From Candidatus Eiseniibacteriota bacterium (GTDB lineage: Bacteria; Eisenbacteria; RBG-16-71-46), in assembly GCA_963717505.1 (NCBI GenBank), contig OY970342.1:2304001-2368000 (forward strand): DNA of 64,000 nucleotides, in the 5' to 3' direction. This document shows positions 31,010 through 42,095 of the stretch, piece by piece (positions within the stretch are counted from its first letter, which is position 1; each line of letters starts with the position of its first letter). Below the pieces are notes generated by a model. The model was not told the origin of the DNA and searched no databases. It saw nothing but the letters and a program-made list of their open reading frames with translations. Both the position numbers and the translations under genes were made by a program.

Positions 31010-31651
31010 ATGACGATTCCTGCCGGCGAGGCACTGGAACGACTGCGCGAAGGCAACCGCCGCTTCGTCGCGGCGGTTTCCGACCGCAGTCCACTCGCCA
31101 GTCGAGAACGCCGCACCGAGGTGGTGGACGCCCAGGAGCCGTTCGCGATCATCCTCGGCTGCTCGGACTCGCGGGTGCCGGCCGAGCTGGTCTTCGACCA
31201 GGGCCTCGGGGACCTGTTCGTGATTCGGGTCGCCGGCAACATCGTCGCGCCGTCCCAGGTGGGCAGCGTCGAGTTCGCTGCGGAGCGCTACCGCACGCGA
31301 CTGGTGGTGGTACTCGGTCACTCCGGCTGCGGGGCGGTGATCGCGACGCTCGAAGAACTCCAGCGACCGACCGAGAACCAGTCGCGCAACCTGCGATCGA
31401 TCGTCGATCGCGTGCGTCCCTCGGTCGAAGCACTGCTGTCGACCGAGCTGAGCGGCGACCACGAGGCCCTGGTGCGCGCCGCGGTCCGGGTCAACGTCAG
31501 CGTCTCGGCGAGCCACCTGCGCCACGGGTCGGAGCTGCTCGAGCAGCTGATCCGGACGGACGGCCTGCGCGTGATCGGCGCCGAATACTCGCTGGAGACC
31601 GGGGTGGTGGACTTCTTCGACGGCGTCGGGGGTAACCGCGACGCCGGCTGA
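31010..31651 (+). CDS. Beta-class carbonic anhydrase
   Basis: LREGNRRF, GCSDSRVP, RVAGN and LGHSGCGAV Zn-ligand motifs. Confidence 0.95.
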   Translation: MTIPAGEALERLREGNRRFVAAVSDRSPLASRERRTEVVDAQEPFAIILGCSDSRVPAELVFDQGLGDLFVIRVAGNIVAPSQVGSVEFAAERYRTRLVVVLGHSGCGAVIATLEELQRPTENQSRNLRSIVDRVRPSVEALLSTELSGDHEALVRAAVRVNVSVSASHLRHGSELLEQLIRTDGLRVIGAEYSLETGVVDFFDGVGGNRDAG

Positions 31652-31654
31652 CGA

Positions 31655-32281
31655 CTAGCGGGTGGACGGTACCCCGCCGAGTTCCCGTTCGAACTCCACG
31701 AGCCAGGGGTCGAGCGGGACTCCCAGCGCGTCGGCGACGCGAACGATGTAGTTGAAGAATCCGACGATCTGAACGGCGTCGTGCAGGTCGGCGTCGGAGA
31801 AGCCATGCGCACGGAGCGATTCCAGCTCGGCGGGTGCGGGCTTCGGGTCGAAACGCGAGAGGCGCACGGCGAAGCGGAGCAACGCGCGCGTCGCCTCGTC
31901 GATCGCCGCGGTTTCGGGGTCACGCACGATTCCCGCGACCTGGGCCAGGACTCGGTCTCGGCTCCAGTCCGCGTGTTCCTTCGCGATCTCGTCCCGGAGA
32001 TCGTGGGCGTGGGCGATCATTCAATAGTGGCAGTCGTTGGCTTTCGAGGTGACGGTCGCCAGCGCCTCGCGCTGGATGCGGCTCAGGCCCGACGGTCCGA
32101 ACAGGATCGCGGAATAGAACGCCATCGCCGCGCGCATGGTCCCCGGGTTGGGGCTCATCACGCGCACGATGTTCCAGATCCGCCCGGCACGCCGGAGCGC
32201 CTCATCGTACTCGCGCCGTACCTCGCCGTCGGCGCGATCCGGCGCCACGGTCTCGATCCAGAACTCGCCGGACCCGCTCAA
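31655..32281 (-). CDS. AhpD/CMD-family peroxidase-related protein, probable selenoprotein (CxxU)
   Basis: Track ORFs 32021..32281 and 31655..32020 are in frame and separated by one TGA at the position of the second Cys in REALATVTSKANDCHY(U). A SECIS-like hairpin follows. C-terminal GFFNYIVRVADALG matches the family. Confidence 0.8.
31984..32003 (-). promoter_or_regulatory. Putative bacterial SECIS hairpin
   Basis: On the mRNA strand CGATCTC-CGGGAC-GAGATCG forms a perfect 7-bp stem with a G-containing loop. It starts 17 nt after the UGA at 32021-32023. Confidence 0.7.
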
Positions 32282-33231
32282 GACGGTTCGATCGACCGGG
32301 CCGGGGTCGGGTCCGGATCCGCTAGATCGTCGGGAACCGGCGGCCGCAGGTTGCAGAAGCGCCCAACCTCGAAACGATCTCGCAGGGACGCCGGCAGCTT
32401 CAGTCGCCCGGCGGTGAGCGCTCCCAGGAAGTCCTGGTCGTACGGCAGCCCGAGGGCGTGACCTTGGTGCTCACTCTTCGTGGGATCGAGGTACGTTCCG
32501 AATACCCGGTCCCAGAGCACCGTGAAGTTGCCGTAGTTCCCCTGGAGGTCGACCGTGTGATGGAGCAGATGCTCCTGAGGCGTGGTCAGCGCCAACCACT
32601 TCATGCCGTGGTGCATCGCCCACCAGCGATGCAGGAAGCAGGAATGGCTGGCCGCGAGCAGGGCCCCCTGGACCAGGAGCAGGATCTTGAGCGGCGCCAG
32701 GTCCCAGAGCGGGAGGCCGAGCAGCAGGAGGATGGCGTAGGCCGAGAACACCGTGGCGACCGCGGCCGGGAACGCCGTGACCACCACGAACGGGCGCATC
32801 GCGAGGCCGGGCATGATGACGTTCACCTGGCTCGGCAGGTGATGGTACTCGTGGGTCGCGAAGAATCGGCGCGAATGACTGAAGAAGCGGTGCAACAGGT
32901 AGTCCCACAAACCGGAGACGTAGAAGAGCACGATCGAAAGAAAGACGAGCCAGCCGCCGCGGATGGGTTCCGGCGCCGCCGGCCGGCCGAGCCACGCGGT
33001 CAGCGCCGATCGGACCGCCGCCGACATTCGTTCGGTCGAAGGCACCAGCGACAGTCCGCCGAGCTGGATCAGTCCGTAGAGCGCGAGCATCAGCAGGAGG
33101 AACCCGAACGCCTCGCCGCTCGGGCGCTCGGGCCGGCCGCGCCAGGAGCCTCGCCGCAACTCGATAGTATCGAGCACCACGAACACGGCCAGGATCGCAA
33201 GCAGCCCGACCAGGAACGTCCGGTCGCTCAC
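32278..33231 (-). CDS. Sterol desaturase / fatty-acid hydroxylase family protein
   Basis: His boxes DYLLHRFFSH, HEYHH and EHLLHH, plus NYGNFTVLWDRVFGT. Confidence 0.9.
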   Translation of the reverse strand: MSDRTFLVGLLAILAVFVVLDTIELRRGSWRGRPERPSGEAFGFLLLMLALYGLIQLGGLSLVPSTERMSAAVRSALTAWLGRPAAPEPIRGGWLVFLSIVLFYVSGLWDYLLHRFFSHSRRFFATHEYHHLPSQVNVIMPGLAMRPFVVVTAFPAAVATVFSAYAILLLLGLPLWDLAPLKILLLVQGALLAASHSCFLHRWWAMHHGMKWLALTTPQEHLLHHTVDLQGNYGNFTVLWDRVFGTYLDPTKSEHQGHALGLPYDQDFLGALTAGRLKLPASLRDRFEVGRFCNLRPPVPDDLADPDPTPARSIEPS

Positions 33232-33680
33232 GCCGCGGCCATGACCCGCCGGTTCGAGCCGCCCGAGGCCGCCCGCAACAGCAGAACCAGCGCGAGCGCC
33301 AGCGACCACATGATCGCCATCTGCAGCAGGCTGCGGCCCGACGGGATCGCGAAGACTCGCGTGATCTCGTCCATGAACAGGATGCGCTGCAGGCCGCGCA
33401 TCGTGAACAACACCGCGAAGCCGAGGACGATCGCCCGATTGCCCAACGGATCGCGAGCCGCGATCGCCGCCATGATGCCGAGCGCGATCATGAACGCGCC
33501 GAGCGGCTTCAAGATGTAGACGAACTGTCCATCAGTCCAATCCACCCGTGCGTTGTACAGGGTGCCGCCCACCCATTCCCTGAGCCCCAGATCCACGTTC
33601 AGCGACAGTCCGACCAGGACGTGAAACGCGCACACGATCCACAGGAACAGGCTCAGCCAACGGACCATCGGGTTTGTCAT
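33228..33680 (-). CDS. Hypothetical 4-TM membrane protein
   Basis: ATG after AGGGAGG. Four hydrophobic segments. Its stop overlaps the desaturase start. Confidence 0.75.
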   Translation of the reverse strand: MTNPMVRWLSLFLWIVCAFHVLVGLSLNVDLGLREWVGGTLYNARVDWTDGQFVYILKPLGAFMIALGIMAAIAARDPLGNRAIVLGFAVLFTMRGLQRILFMDEITRVFAIPSGRSLLQMAIMWSLALALVLLLRAASGGSNRRVMAAA

Positions 33681-34347
33681 GACGACCTCCCTTCCTTCGG
33701 TAGACCGCGAGACCACTCTCTCCGCGCGTCGCATACGACCACAGGACGTAGGCGAGCACCGGAGCCACCACGCCCGCCACATTGCCGGCCAGTCCGAGTG
33801 TGGCGAGCACCATCGGACGGCTGCCGGCCGACAACGCGTCGGCCAGCTGCAAACAGACGCCGTAACAGGCGCCGAAGACACCGAAGAACACCGGCGCGTG
33901 ATCGGTGGCCACCACCTCGGCCGGCTGCCCTTCGGCCGCCAGCCGGTTGTGGATGACGATGAACCCCACCTTGATGGCGTGGGTGTCGTAGAGCCAGTTC
34001 CAGAAGCCGATCACCGAACCGGTGACCAGCGCTGCACGCAGGCAGTCGCCGAGGTGAAAGCCCGGAGCGGCCGCAGGCACGCACGCCAGGCCGAACAGAC
34101 TGGTCGCGGTCCCGAACACGAACCCGTGATGCGGCCGAAAGCGGCCGATTCGGAAACGGGTGTTGAACTCCCACAGCCCGAGCCAGTTGGTCCCGAGTCC
34201 GGGGACGACGTAGGCGAACACGACCGGAATCGACAGCGCGAGCCACACGAGTGCATGATCGCCGTGGTAGCGTTGCAGCCACAACAGGTAGCTGAGTGGA
34301 AACAACGTCAGCGGCACCACGAACTGGTACCAGCGGAAGAACCTCAC
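33532..34347 (-). CDS. Hypothetical membrane protein (3' end uncertain)
   Basis: GTG 34347 overlaps the rSAM stop. Multi-TM with RPHHGFVFG and FWNWLYDTHAI. The reading frame overlaps the next gene by 149 nt, so a small indel near 33700 is possible. Confidence 0.7.
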   Translation of the reverse strand: MRFFRWYQFVVPLTLFPLSYLLWLQRYHGDHALVWLALSIPVVFAYVVPGLGTNWLGLWEFNTRFRIGRFRPHHGFVFGTATSLFGLACVPAAAPGFHLGDCLRAALVTGSVIGFWNWLYDTHAIKVGFIVIHNRLAAEGQPAEVVATDHAPVFFGVFGACYGVCLQLADALSAGSRPMVLATLGLAGNVAGVVAPVLAYVLWSYATRGESGLAVYRRKGGRHDKPDGPLAEPVPVDRVRVSRPGRTVAERGSGAQGMGGRHPVQRTGGLD

Positions 34348-35831
34348 CGCCGCGCCCCACCCGCGCCGGCATCGGCCATCGGCGCGGACGCCTCCGCTCC
34401 TCGGTCCGAGCGGCCCGCGGTCGCCGGACCGGCAGCGATCCCGCCCCGTTCGCCGGCGCGCAACGGACCCGGCTTGCTCGGGTGAATCGTGTTCCGGAAC
34501 AGACCGAACAACAGGTCCTGCTTGCGCAGGGCCTCGCGCGCATAGAGCGGGTTGTAGGTCAGGTAGACCGCCAGGCGCGTCGGCGAGCTGAGATGGGTCT
34601 TCAAGTCCCACATCCGCTTGAAGATCGAACTGGCGCGGTTCCAGGCGTGCCGGCACTCGAAGCAGACCTCGGTCAATTCCTCGGGGCTCATCTGCTTGGG
34701 CACGAACGCCGCATGGTTGAAGCGATATTCGGGGTGGAGCCACCACTTGCCGTCCCACAGCAGGCGACCTTCCCGCTCGAGTCGCTGGTAGAGCGGCGTA
34801 TTCACGTACGGCATCAGGATGTTGTAGGCGGCAAAGCAGAAGTTGTGACGCAAGGCGAAGTCCGACGTCGCGCGGATCGACTCGACCGTGTCGTGGTCGT
34901 GTCCGAGGGTGAATGCGGCCCAGGTCTGCAGGTGATGCTTGCGCAGCACCTCGCACGCCGTCTCGTAGCGGTCCCAGGTGCGCAGCAGGAAGCTCGGCGC
35001 TTTCTTCATCGAGCGCAGGTTGCGCGGGTCGAGCGATTCGAAGCCGATCACGTTGCCGATGCACCCGCTGGCCTCGACCAGGTCCATCAGCTCGGGGTCC
35101 GCGGTCATATCGATCGAGGCCTGCGACACCCAGCGAATCTTGAGCGGGATCAGAGCGCGCAGGAACTCTTTGGCCGCGGGGACGTTGTTGAGCAGATTGT
35201 CGTCGACGAAGAACACGGTCTTGCGCTCCTGGCTCGCGATCTCGTCGAGCACTTCGCCGACCCGGCGCGTGTAGTGCCTGCGGTCGAAGAACGCGCTGAT
35301 CGCGCAGAAATCGCAGGCGAACCGGCAACCGCGGCTGAACTGCATGAGCGCGATCGGCAGGTAGCCCTTGCCCCGGAACAGGTCGCGGCGCGGCTTCACG
35401 CCGCCCGGCTGGGGCACGCCGCTCGGCGCGCGATAAATGCGACGCATCCGGCCGGCGCGAGCGTCAGCCACCACCTGGTGCCACAGGGTCTCGGCGTCGC
35501 CGATGAAGATCGCATCGCCGTGCTCCAGGCACTCCTCGGGCGCGAGCGTCGGGTGGAACCCGCCGAGAATCACCGGCACGCCGCGGGCGCGATACTCCGC
35601 CGCGATCTCGTAGGCGCGACGCGCGGTGTAGATCTCGACCGTGATCGCGGCAAGGTCGGTCGGCTCGTCGAACGGAATCGGTTCGATTCGATCGTCGTAG
35701 AGCGCGCACTCGACGTCCGGAGGGGTCAGACCGGCGAGGACCCCGAGCTGCAGCGGCTCCATGCGCCCTTCGTCGACGTACAGACTGTGGTCGTGGCGCC
35801 CGATGTTGGGTTTGACGAAGGTGATTTTCAC
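34344..35831 (-). CDS. B12-binding domain radical SAM protein
   Basis: MEPLQLGVLAGLTP, VILGGFHPT, RGCRFACDFC and FFVDDN motifs. Confidence 0.92.
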   Translation of the reverse strand: MKITFVKPNIGRHDHSLYVDEGRMEPLQLGVLAGLTPPDVECALYDDRIEPIPFDEPTDLAAITVEIYTARRAYEIAAEYRARGVPVILGGFHPTLAPEECLEHGDAIFIGDAETLWHQVVADARAGRMRRIYRAPSGVPQPGGVKPRRDLFRGKGYLPIALMQFSRGCRFACDFCAISAFFDRRHYTRRVGEVLDEIASQERKTVFFVDDNLLNNVPAAKEFLRALIPLKIRWVSQASIDMTADPELMDLVEASGCIGNVIGFESLDPRNLRSMKKAPSFLLRTWDRYETACEVLRKHHLQTWAAFTLGHDHDTVESIRATSDFALRHNFCFAAYNILMPYVNTPLYQRLEREGRLLWDGKWWLHPEYRFNHAAFVPKQMSPEELTEVCFECRHAWNRASSIFKRMWDLKTHLSSPTRLAVYLTYNPLYAREALRKQDLLFGLFRNTIHPSKPGPLRAGERGGIAAGPATAGRSDRGAEASAPMADAGAGGARR

Positions 35832-37223
35832 GCCGGCAACCCCGAGCCCGCTTCCGCCGCAGCAACGGCCAGCGCGTCGGCCTCGAGAGCGCCGGCCTCG
35901 GGGATCGCCAATGCTTCCGGCCCGCCGAGCGCAATGCCCTGCTTCAGGTGGATCTCGCGGCGCGAGATCAGGTTGGAGATCGCGTACTGCGCGAGGCGGC
36001 GCGGACTGCGCAGGGAGGTGCGCGGGTCCCACACCCGGTAGAGGATCGAGCGCGCCGTGTTGAACTCGGTGCGCGAGCGATAGCAGCCCTCGGTCAGCTG
36101 ATCGGCGGTCATGCCGCGCGGGTGGAACGTCGCGTGCCCGTACCGGAAGCGCGGGTCGATCCACCATCGGTCATGGATCAGGCGGCCTTCCTGCTGCAGC
36201 CGGTCGTAGAGCGGTGCGGCCGGCGTCGGCGTCAGCGGATTGAAGTTCGCGAGGTAGAACCGGTGGTCGACGGCGAACTCGACCGTCCGCTCGAACGACT
36301 CGACGCGGTCGTTGTCGTAACCGAACACGAAGGTCCCGTAGATCATCATGCCCGCGTCCTGGACGATCCGGATCGCGGTCTCGTAGTCGTTGAACTTGAG
36401 GTTCCAGCCCTTCTTCATCTGCTTCAGGTTCACCGGGTCGAGCGATTCGAAGCCAAACAGGACGCTCGAGCACCCGCTGCGCTGCATCAGTCGCACCAGG
36501 CTGGGATCCTTGGCGACATCGAGCGAGCACTGGCAGAACCAGTTGATGCGCAGCGGGATCAACGCTTCGAACAGCTCGCGCGCCTTGTCGACGTTGACGA
36601 AGATGTTGTCGTCGACGAAGAACACGAGACGGCCGCCGCTCGCTCGCGATCTCGTCGCACACCTCGCGCACCGGCCGTTGCCGGAGGCTCGTGCCGTAGA
36701 ACGCGCGGATCGAGCAGAAGTCGCAATTGAACTTGCAGCCGCGCCCGTACTGGACCAGGGTCACCGGCACGTAGCGCTTGCCGTCGAAGATGCTGCGATC
36801 GGGTACCACGCCTCCGAGCGGCGCAAAGCCGTCGCGGCGGTAGATCGGCCGCAGGCGGCCGTGGCGCGCATCGGCCACCACCTGCTCCCACTGGCCCTCG
36901 GCGTCGCCCTGAACCACCGCGTCGGCGAACGCCAGACACTCACGCGGCAGGAACGTCGGGTGGTAGCCGCCCATGACCACACGAACCCCGCGTCGGCGGA
37001 ACGCCGAAGCAATCTGGTACGCGCGCCGGGCAGTGTAGGTCTCGACCGTCATCGCCACCAGATCGGTCGGCTCGTCGAGCGGGATTTCTTCGAGGCGCTC
37101 GTCGTAGAGAACGGTCTCGACGTCCGGTGGGGTGAGCCGCTTGAGGATCGCGAAGCACAGCGGATGCATCGCGTCGTGCGAGCGTCGTGCTTGCAGGTTG
37201 GGTCGGACGAACGTGATCTTCAC
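35828..37223 (-). pseudogene. B12-binding domain radical SAM protein, paralog with one extra base near 36630-36645 (real or sequencing error)
   Basis: The N-half (MGGYHPT, RGCKFNCDFC) and C-half (VFFVDDN, FGFESLD, NPLTPTP) lie in different frames. The span is 1396 nt (465 codons + 1). Confidence 0.88.
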
Positions 37224-37355
37224 GGCGGCCCTCGGAGTGCCGTCACGATCTGCGGGCTTCCAGCCCGGCGCCGGGAGGCTACGCCAGCGCCGCGCCAACA
37301 GCGAGCCAAATCTGGAGGTCTTGACGCGCTCCCCGGATCGGCCTTAGGTGGGCGT

Positions 37356-38018
37356 ATGCTGGGCCGTCGCAGTCGCATCCTGATCTTCGCCGCGCTCCTG
37401 GCGACCGCAGCCCTGGGCGCCGGCGTCCATGACCTGCAGAACCGGGCCGGAGCCATGGGCGGGCCTATTTCGACGCCCAAGCTCGCCTGGCTGTTGTACG
37501 CGGTGCTGGTCTGGGGGTTCCTGTGCCCGATCCTGGCGTTCGAGCCGAACCTCCATCGGTCGTTTCGGGTGCTGGCCGGCGGGTTCGCCGCCCTGATGTG
37601 GGCGCGAACGGTCGTCGAGCTCCCGATGCTCTACGTGTGGCGAAACTGGCGACCTCCCTACGGCATGGCCCACGATCTGATTTGCGCCCTCGTGCTTCTC
37701 GGCGGTTTGGTCGCGACGCGTGCCGCGTGGTGGCCTCCGAGCAAACGCTCGGATCGCTGGATGCTCGCCTTCATCCTGGTTTTGGCGCTCTCGGTGCTGA
37801 TCGAGTGTGTCTATGCCGGCCTCTTCTACCAGGCGGTGGCTGGCGCGACCACCGGCCATGAAGGCCTGTGGTTCGCTGCACCCGGCGATCCGCGCTTCGT
37901 CCTGATCAACCGACTCACTCTGGCCTTCGACGTCTTGCTCTACGCGTTCCTGGCGGCGTTCCTGGCCGCGGCATTCGCCGCGCCGCGCGCACCGGCTCCG
38001 GAGTCCGCGCCACGATGA
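37356..38018 (+). CDS. Hypothetical membrane protein
   Basis: About 6 TM segments. WRPPYGMAHD and GLWFA motifs. Its stop overlaps the next start (ATGA). Confidence 0.75.
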   Translation: MLGRRSRILIFAALLATAALGAGVHDLQNRAGAMGGPISTPKLAWLLYAVLVWGFLCPILAFEPNLHRSFRVLAGGFAALMWARTVVELPMLYVWRNWRPPYGMAHDLICALVLLGGLVATRAAWWPPSKRSDRWMLAFILVLALSVLIECVYAGLFYQAVAGATTGHEGLWFAAPGDPRFVLINRLTLAFDVLLYAFLAAFLAAAFAAPRAPAPESAPR

Positions 38019-39127
38019 GCCCGGGATACGTGCGCCCGGCCGCGCGTTCGGACAACGCCCGGCTGGTCGAGCTGTTCGCTTCGGTCCCGATGAGTGGCAG
38101 CCTGGTGCTGTCGACGCGCCGCGATCCGGACTTCTTCGCGCTCTACGACATGCAACGCGCCGCCTCGGAGTGCTGGGTCTACGAACGCGACCAGAATCTC
38201 GCCGGACTCGGCACCTTCCTGGTGCGCGACGGCTGGCTCGACGGCCGGCCGGCGCGCGTCGGGTACCTGGGCGATCTGCGCTCCAGGTTCATCGCCCGCC
38301 GCGACCGCATCCTGTCACGCTTCTACGGCAACGTGCTCGAGGACGTGGTCCGGCGCCACGATTGCCCGTACTTTCTGACCGCCGTGCTGGCGTCGAACAC
38401 GGCGGCGATCCAGGCCCTGGTGCGGCGGCGGTCGGAGCGAGCCACCCAGCCGCGCTACACGCTGCTGCGGCGATTCGCGATGGTGTCGGTTCAGTTCGCC
38501 GGCCGGCGCTCGCGACACCGTTCGCCCTACTTGGTGAGGGCGGCGGCAGCGGAAGACGTCGCCGCCGTCGTCGAGCTTCTCGATCGCGACCACCGCCGGC
38601 GGCCGTTCGGCTATCGCTACGACCAGGGCGAGTTCGAGCACCGGCTACGGCACTGGCCGGGCATGACCCTCGAGCGAACCTATCTGGCGTTCGACCCGGC
38701 CGGGCGGCTGGTCGGCGTCACCAGCGCCTGGGACCCGAGCACGGTCAAGCGCTATCGCGCACTCGCCTATCGCGGAGCAATGCGCTGGACCCAGCGCGCG
38801 TGGAACCTCGGGGCGCGCGTCCTCGGGTATCCACGTCTGCCCGACCCGGGCCAGGATTTTCGCTACTTCTATTTGTGCAATACCAGCATCGAGGGCGATC
38901 ACCCCGGCGTGCTACGGGCCCTGCTCGAGCGCGTGTACGCGGATTTCGCCGCCTCGGGACAGCACTTCTTCTCGCTGTGTGTCTATCAAGGGGACCCGCT
39001 CGCGGTGGCGCTCGCCGGCTTCAGGACCCGCCGACTGGACTTCCACCTGTACGTCGTGAGTCGCGCGGCCGAGACGGAGCGGCCGTTCCCGGACGGACGC
39101 CCGGGATTCGAGATGGCGTTGGCCTGA
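38015..39127 (+). CDS. Tandem GNAT-like acyltransferase-fold protein
   Basis: VRPAARSDNARL, RRDPDFFALY, VGYLGDLRS and TAVLASNTAA, with a second VRAAAAEDVAAVVELL repeat. Confidence 0.7.
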   Translation: MSPGYVRPAARSDNARLVELFASVPMSGSLVLSTRRDPDFFALYDMQRAASECWVYERDQNLAGLGTFLVRDGWLDGRPARVGYLGDLRSRFIARRDRILSRFYGNVLEDVVRRHDCPYFLTAVLASNTAAIQALVRRRSERATQPRYTLLRRFAMVSVQFAGRRSRHRSPYLVRAAAAEDVAAVVELLDRDHRRRPFGYRYDQGEFEHRLRHWPGMTLERTYLAFDPAGRLVGVTSAWDPSTVKRYRALAYRGAMRWTQRAWNLGARVLGYPRLPDPGQDFRYFYLCNTSIEGDHPGVLRALLERVYADFAASGQHFFSLCVYQGDPLAVALAGFRTRRLDFHLYVVSRAAETERPFPDGRPGFEMALA

Positions 39128-39133
39128 CCGCCG

Positions 39134-40324
<1,191 letters not shown>

Positions 40325-40334
40325 GATCGGGGCA

Positions 40335-42095
40335 TCACCTTTCTCCTGCGACCGGGACCGGCGCGCTTCGCGCGACCTCGGACTCCAGCCACTCGGACCA
40401 GCCGGTTCGCGTGTCGAACTCGGCCGGCTTGACGTCGCCCGCCCGTTGGCCCAGCGACACGCATCGAGCTTCGTAGCGGCGCCCGCCATCGCGCACCCGC
40501 ACCGCGACCACCGGTCCGAGCTGGCCGAGCGAGCGCGCGTAGGCGTACGAGAAACCTTCGCACAGCGCGGCCTCCACGCGTATCGCGCAGGCATCGAGCA
40601 CGAGATCCGGTTCTTCCGACTCGAGGTACAGCCGATAGGCCGGCGGAACGCCCCATTCCGGGGCGAGCAGGACGAAGCGCGGCGAGTCGGCCAGGGTGGC
40701 GATCCCGGCGCCCGACGCCACGATCTCCGAGAGCACGTGGCTGGCGCGGCGCGACGAGAGTTTTTCGCCGACCAGGTCCGAAACCGCATCCGCCCGGCCC
40801 TCGAAACGCACGCAAGGTGTCGCGCCGTGACGTGCCACGACCCGCACCAGGTCGCCGAGCCGATACCTCAGGAATCCGGCCGCGGTGCTGATCACGACTT
40901 CGTACGCGCGCTCCGGCTCCAGCTCGTGCGCGAGACGTGGGCGCGCCTCGGGGGCTTCCACGTCGATGAACTCGAGGAAGTGGCTGCGCACCGCGAGCAC
41001 CGGCGCCGGAGCCGCGAACCAGGGAATGCTCACCACCCCTTCGGTCGCGAGCAGTCCCTTCCCCTGGACCTCGACGTCCGGGACGCGCGCGCGGAGTGCT
41101 GCCAGCGAACGCGCCGCCTGCGCGTCGGCCCAGACGCTGATCAGCGCGAGCTTGGGCCACACGGCAGCCGGCGTCAGCGTGCCGCTGCGCTCGATTAGTC
41201 CGCGCAGCGCTCGCGCCCGCGCGGGGTCGGCGCGCAGCGGCAGCAGTGCCACCACGCGCGCGATCCGCTCGCCGTCGGCGCCGATGCCGTTCCCGCCCGG
41301 GGAGCCGTTCCGGCCGGGTTCCGGCCGGCACGTCCCGGCGGCCAGATCGTCGAGCAACCGGTCGGCGTCGCGGTCGAGGGCTTCGAGCAGCAGCGTGAGA
41401 AAGCTCGGGTTCCACGCGCTGGCGAACGCGAGATCGGGTGATTGCAGGAGCAGCCGGAGTGTCACGTACCGACAGCTCGGCACGTCGGGCAGTCGCGCCA
41501 CGCCGCCCGGCACCGCGAACACCTGAGCGAGCAACCGCCGCATCGGGCCTGGAAAGTAGGCGCCGTCGTCGTCGCCGCCGACGCGGATTCCGCCTTCGGT
41601 CACGCGCATTTCCTGCGCCAGCGGCGACACCGACCAGTAGCCGGGCCCGGTGAACGCGCGCGGGCGCGCACGCGCCAGGTCGTAAAGCCAGGGCAGCAAC
41701 GCCGCCTGGAACTCGCCGAGCAGCGTGCGGGTGTGCGGCACCAGCTTGGACGCGCCGGACGTGCCGCCCGAACGCTCGAAGCGCAGCACCGGTTCCAGCG
41801 TCAGCACCGAGCGTTCGCCTCGTGCCAACTGGGCGATCTCGGCCGCGAATTCGTCGGGGCGCCGCAGCGGCACCGCATCCTGGAACTCGCGCGCGGTTGC
41901 GATGCGGTCGAAGCTCGCGATCCGGTCCGCCTGCCGGCTGCCCGAGACGGCGCGCAGGATCGCCTTCAGTCGTTCGCGTTGCGCGCGTTCGGGAGCCTCG
42001 AGGGCGCGCTCGAAGCGGCGCGCCGAGTCGGCGGTCAGCGTGCGCAGCGCGGGCCCGAGCAGACGCGCGGCCGCCGCCTCGACCACCGGACTCAC
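40335..42095 (-). CDS. GH3-family acyl-adenylate-forming amide synthetase
   Basis: FERSGGTSGASKLVP (P-loop like), KGLLATEG, HFLEF, FLRYRLGDLVRV and SDLVGEKL motifs. Confidence 0.88.
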   Translation of the reverse strand: MSPVVEAAAARLLGPALRTLTADSARRFERALEAPERAQRERLKAILRAVSGSRQADRIASFDRIATAREFQDAVPLRRPDEFAAEIAQLARGERSVLTLEPVLRFERSGGTSGASKLVPHTRTLLGEFQAALLPWLYDLARARPRAFTGPGYWSVSPLAQEMRVTEGGIRVGGDDDGAYFPGPMRRLLAQVFAVPGGVARLPDVPSCRYVTLRLLLQSPDLAFASAWNPSFLTLLLEALDRDADRLLDDLAAGTCRPEPGRNGSPGGNGIGADGERIARVVALLPLRADPARARALRGLIERSGTLTPAAVWPKLALISVWADAQAARSLAALRARVPDVEVQGKGLLATEGVVSIPWFAAPAPVLAVRSHFLEFIDVEAPEARPRLAHELEPERAYEVVISTAAGFLRYRLGDLVRVVARHGATPCVRFEGRADAVSDLVGEKLSSRRASHVLSEIVASGAGIATLADSPRFVLLAPEWGVPPAYRLYLESEEPDLVLDACAIRVEAALCEGFSYAYARSLGQLGPVVAVRVRDGGRRYEARCVSLGQRAGDVKPAEFDTRTGWSEWLESEVARSAPVPVAGER

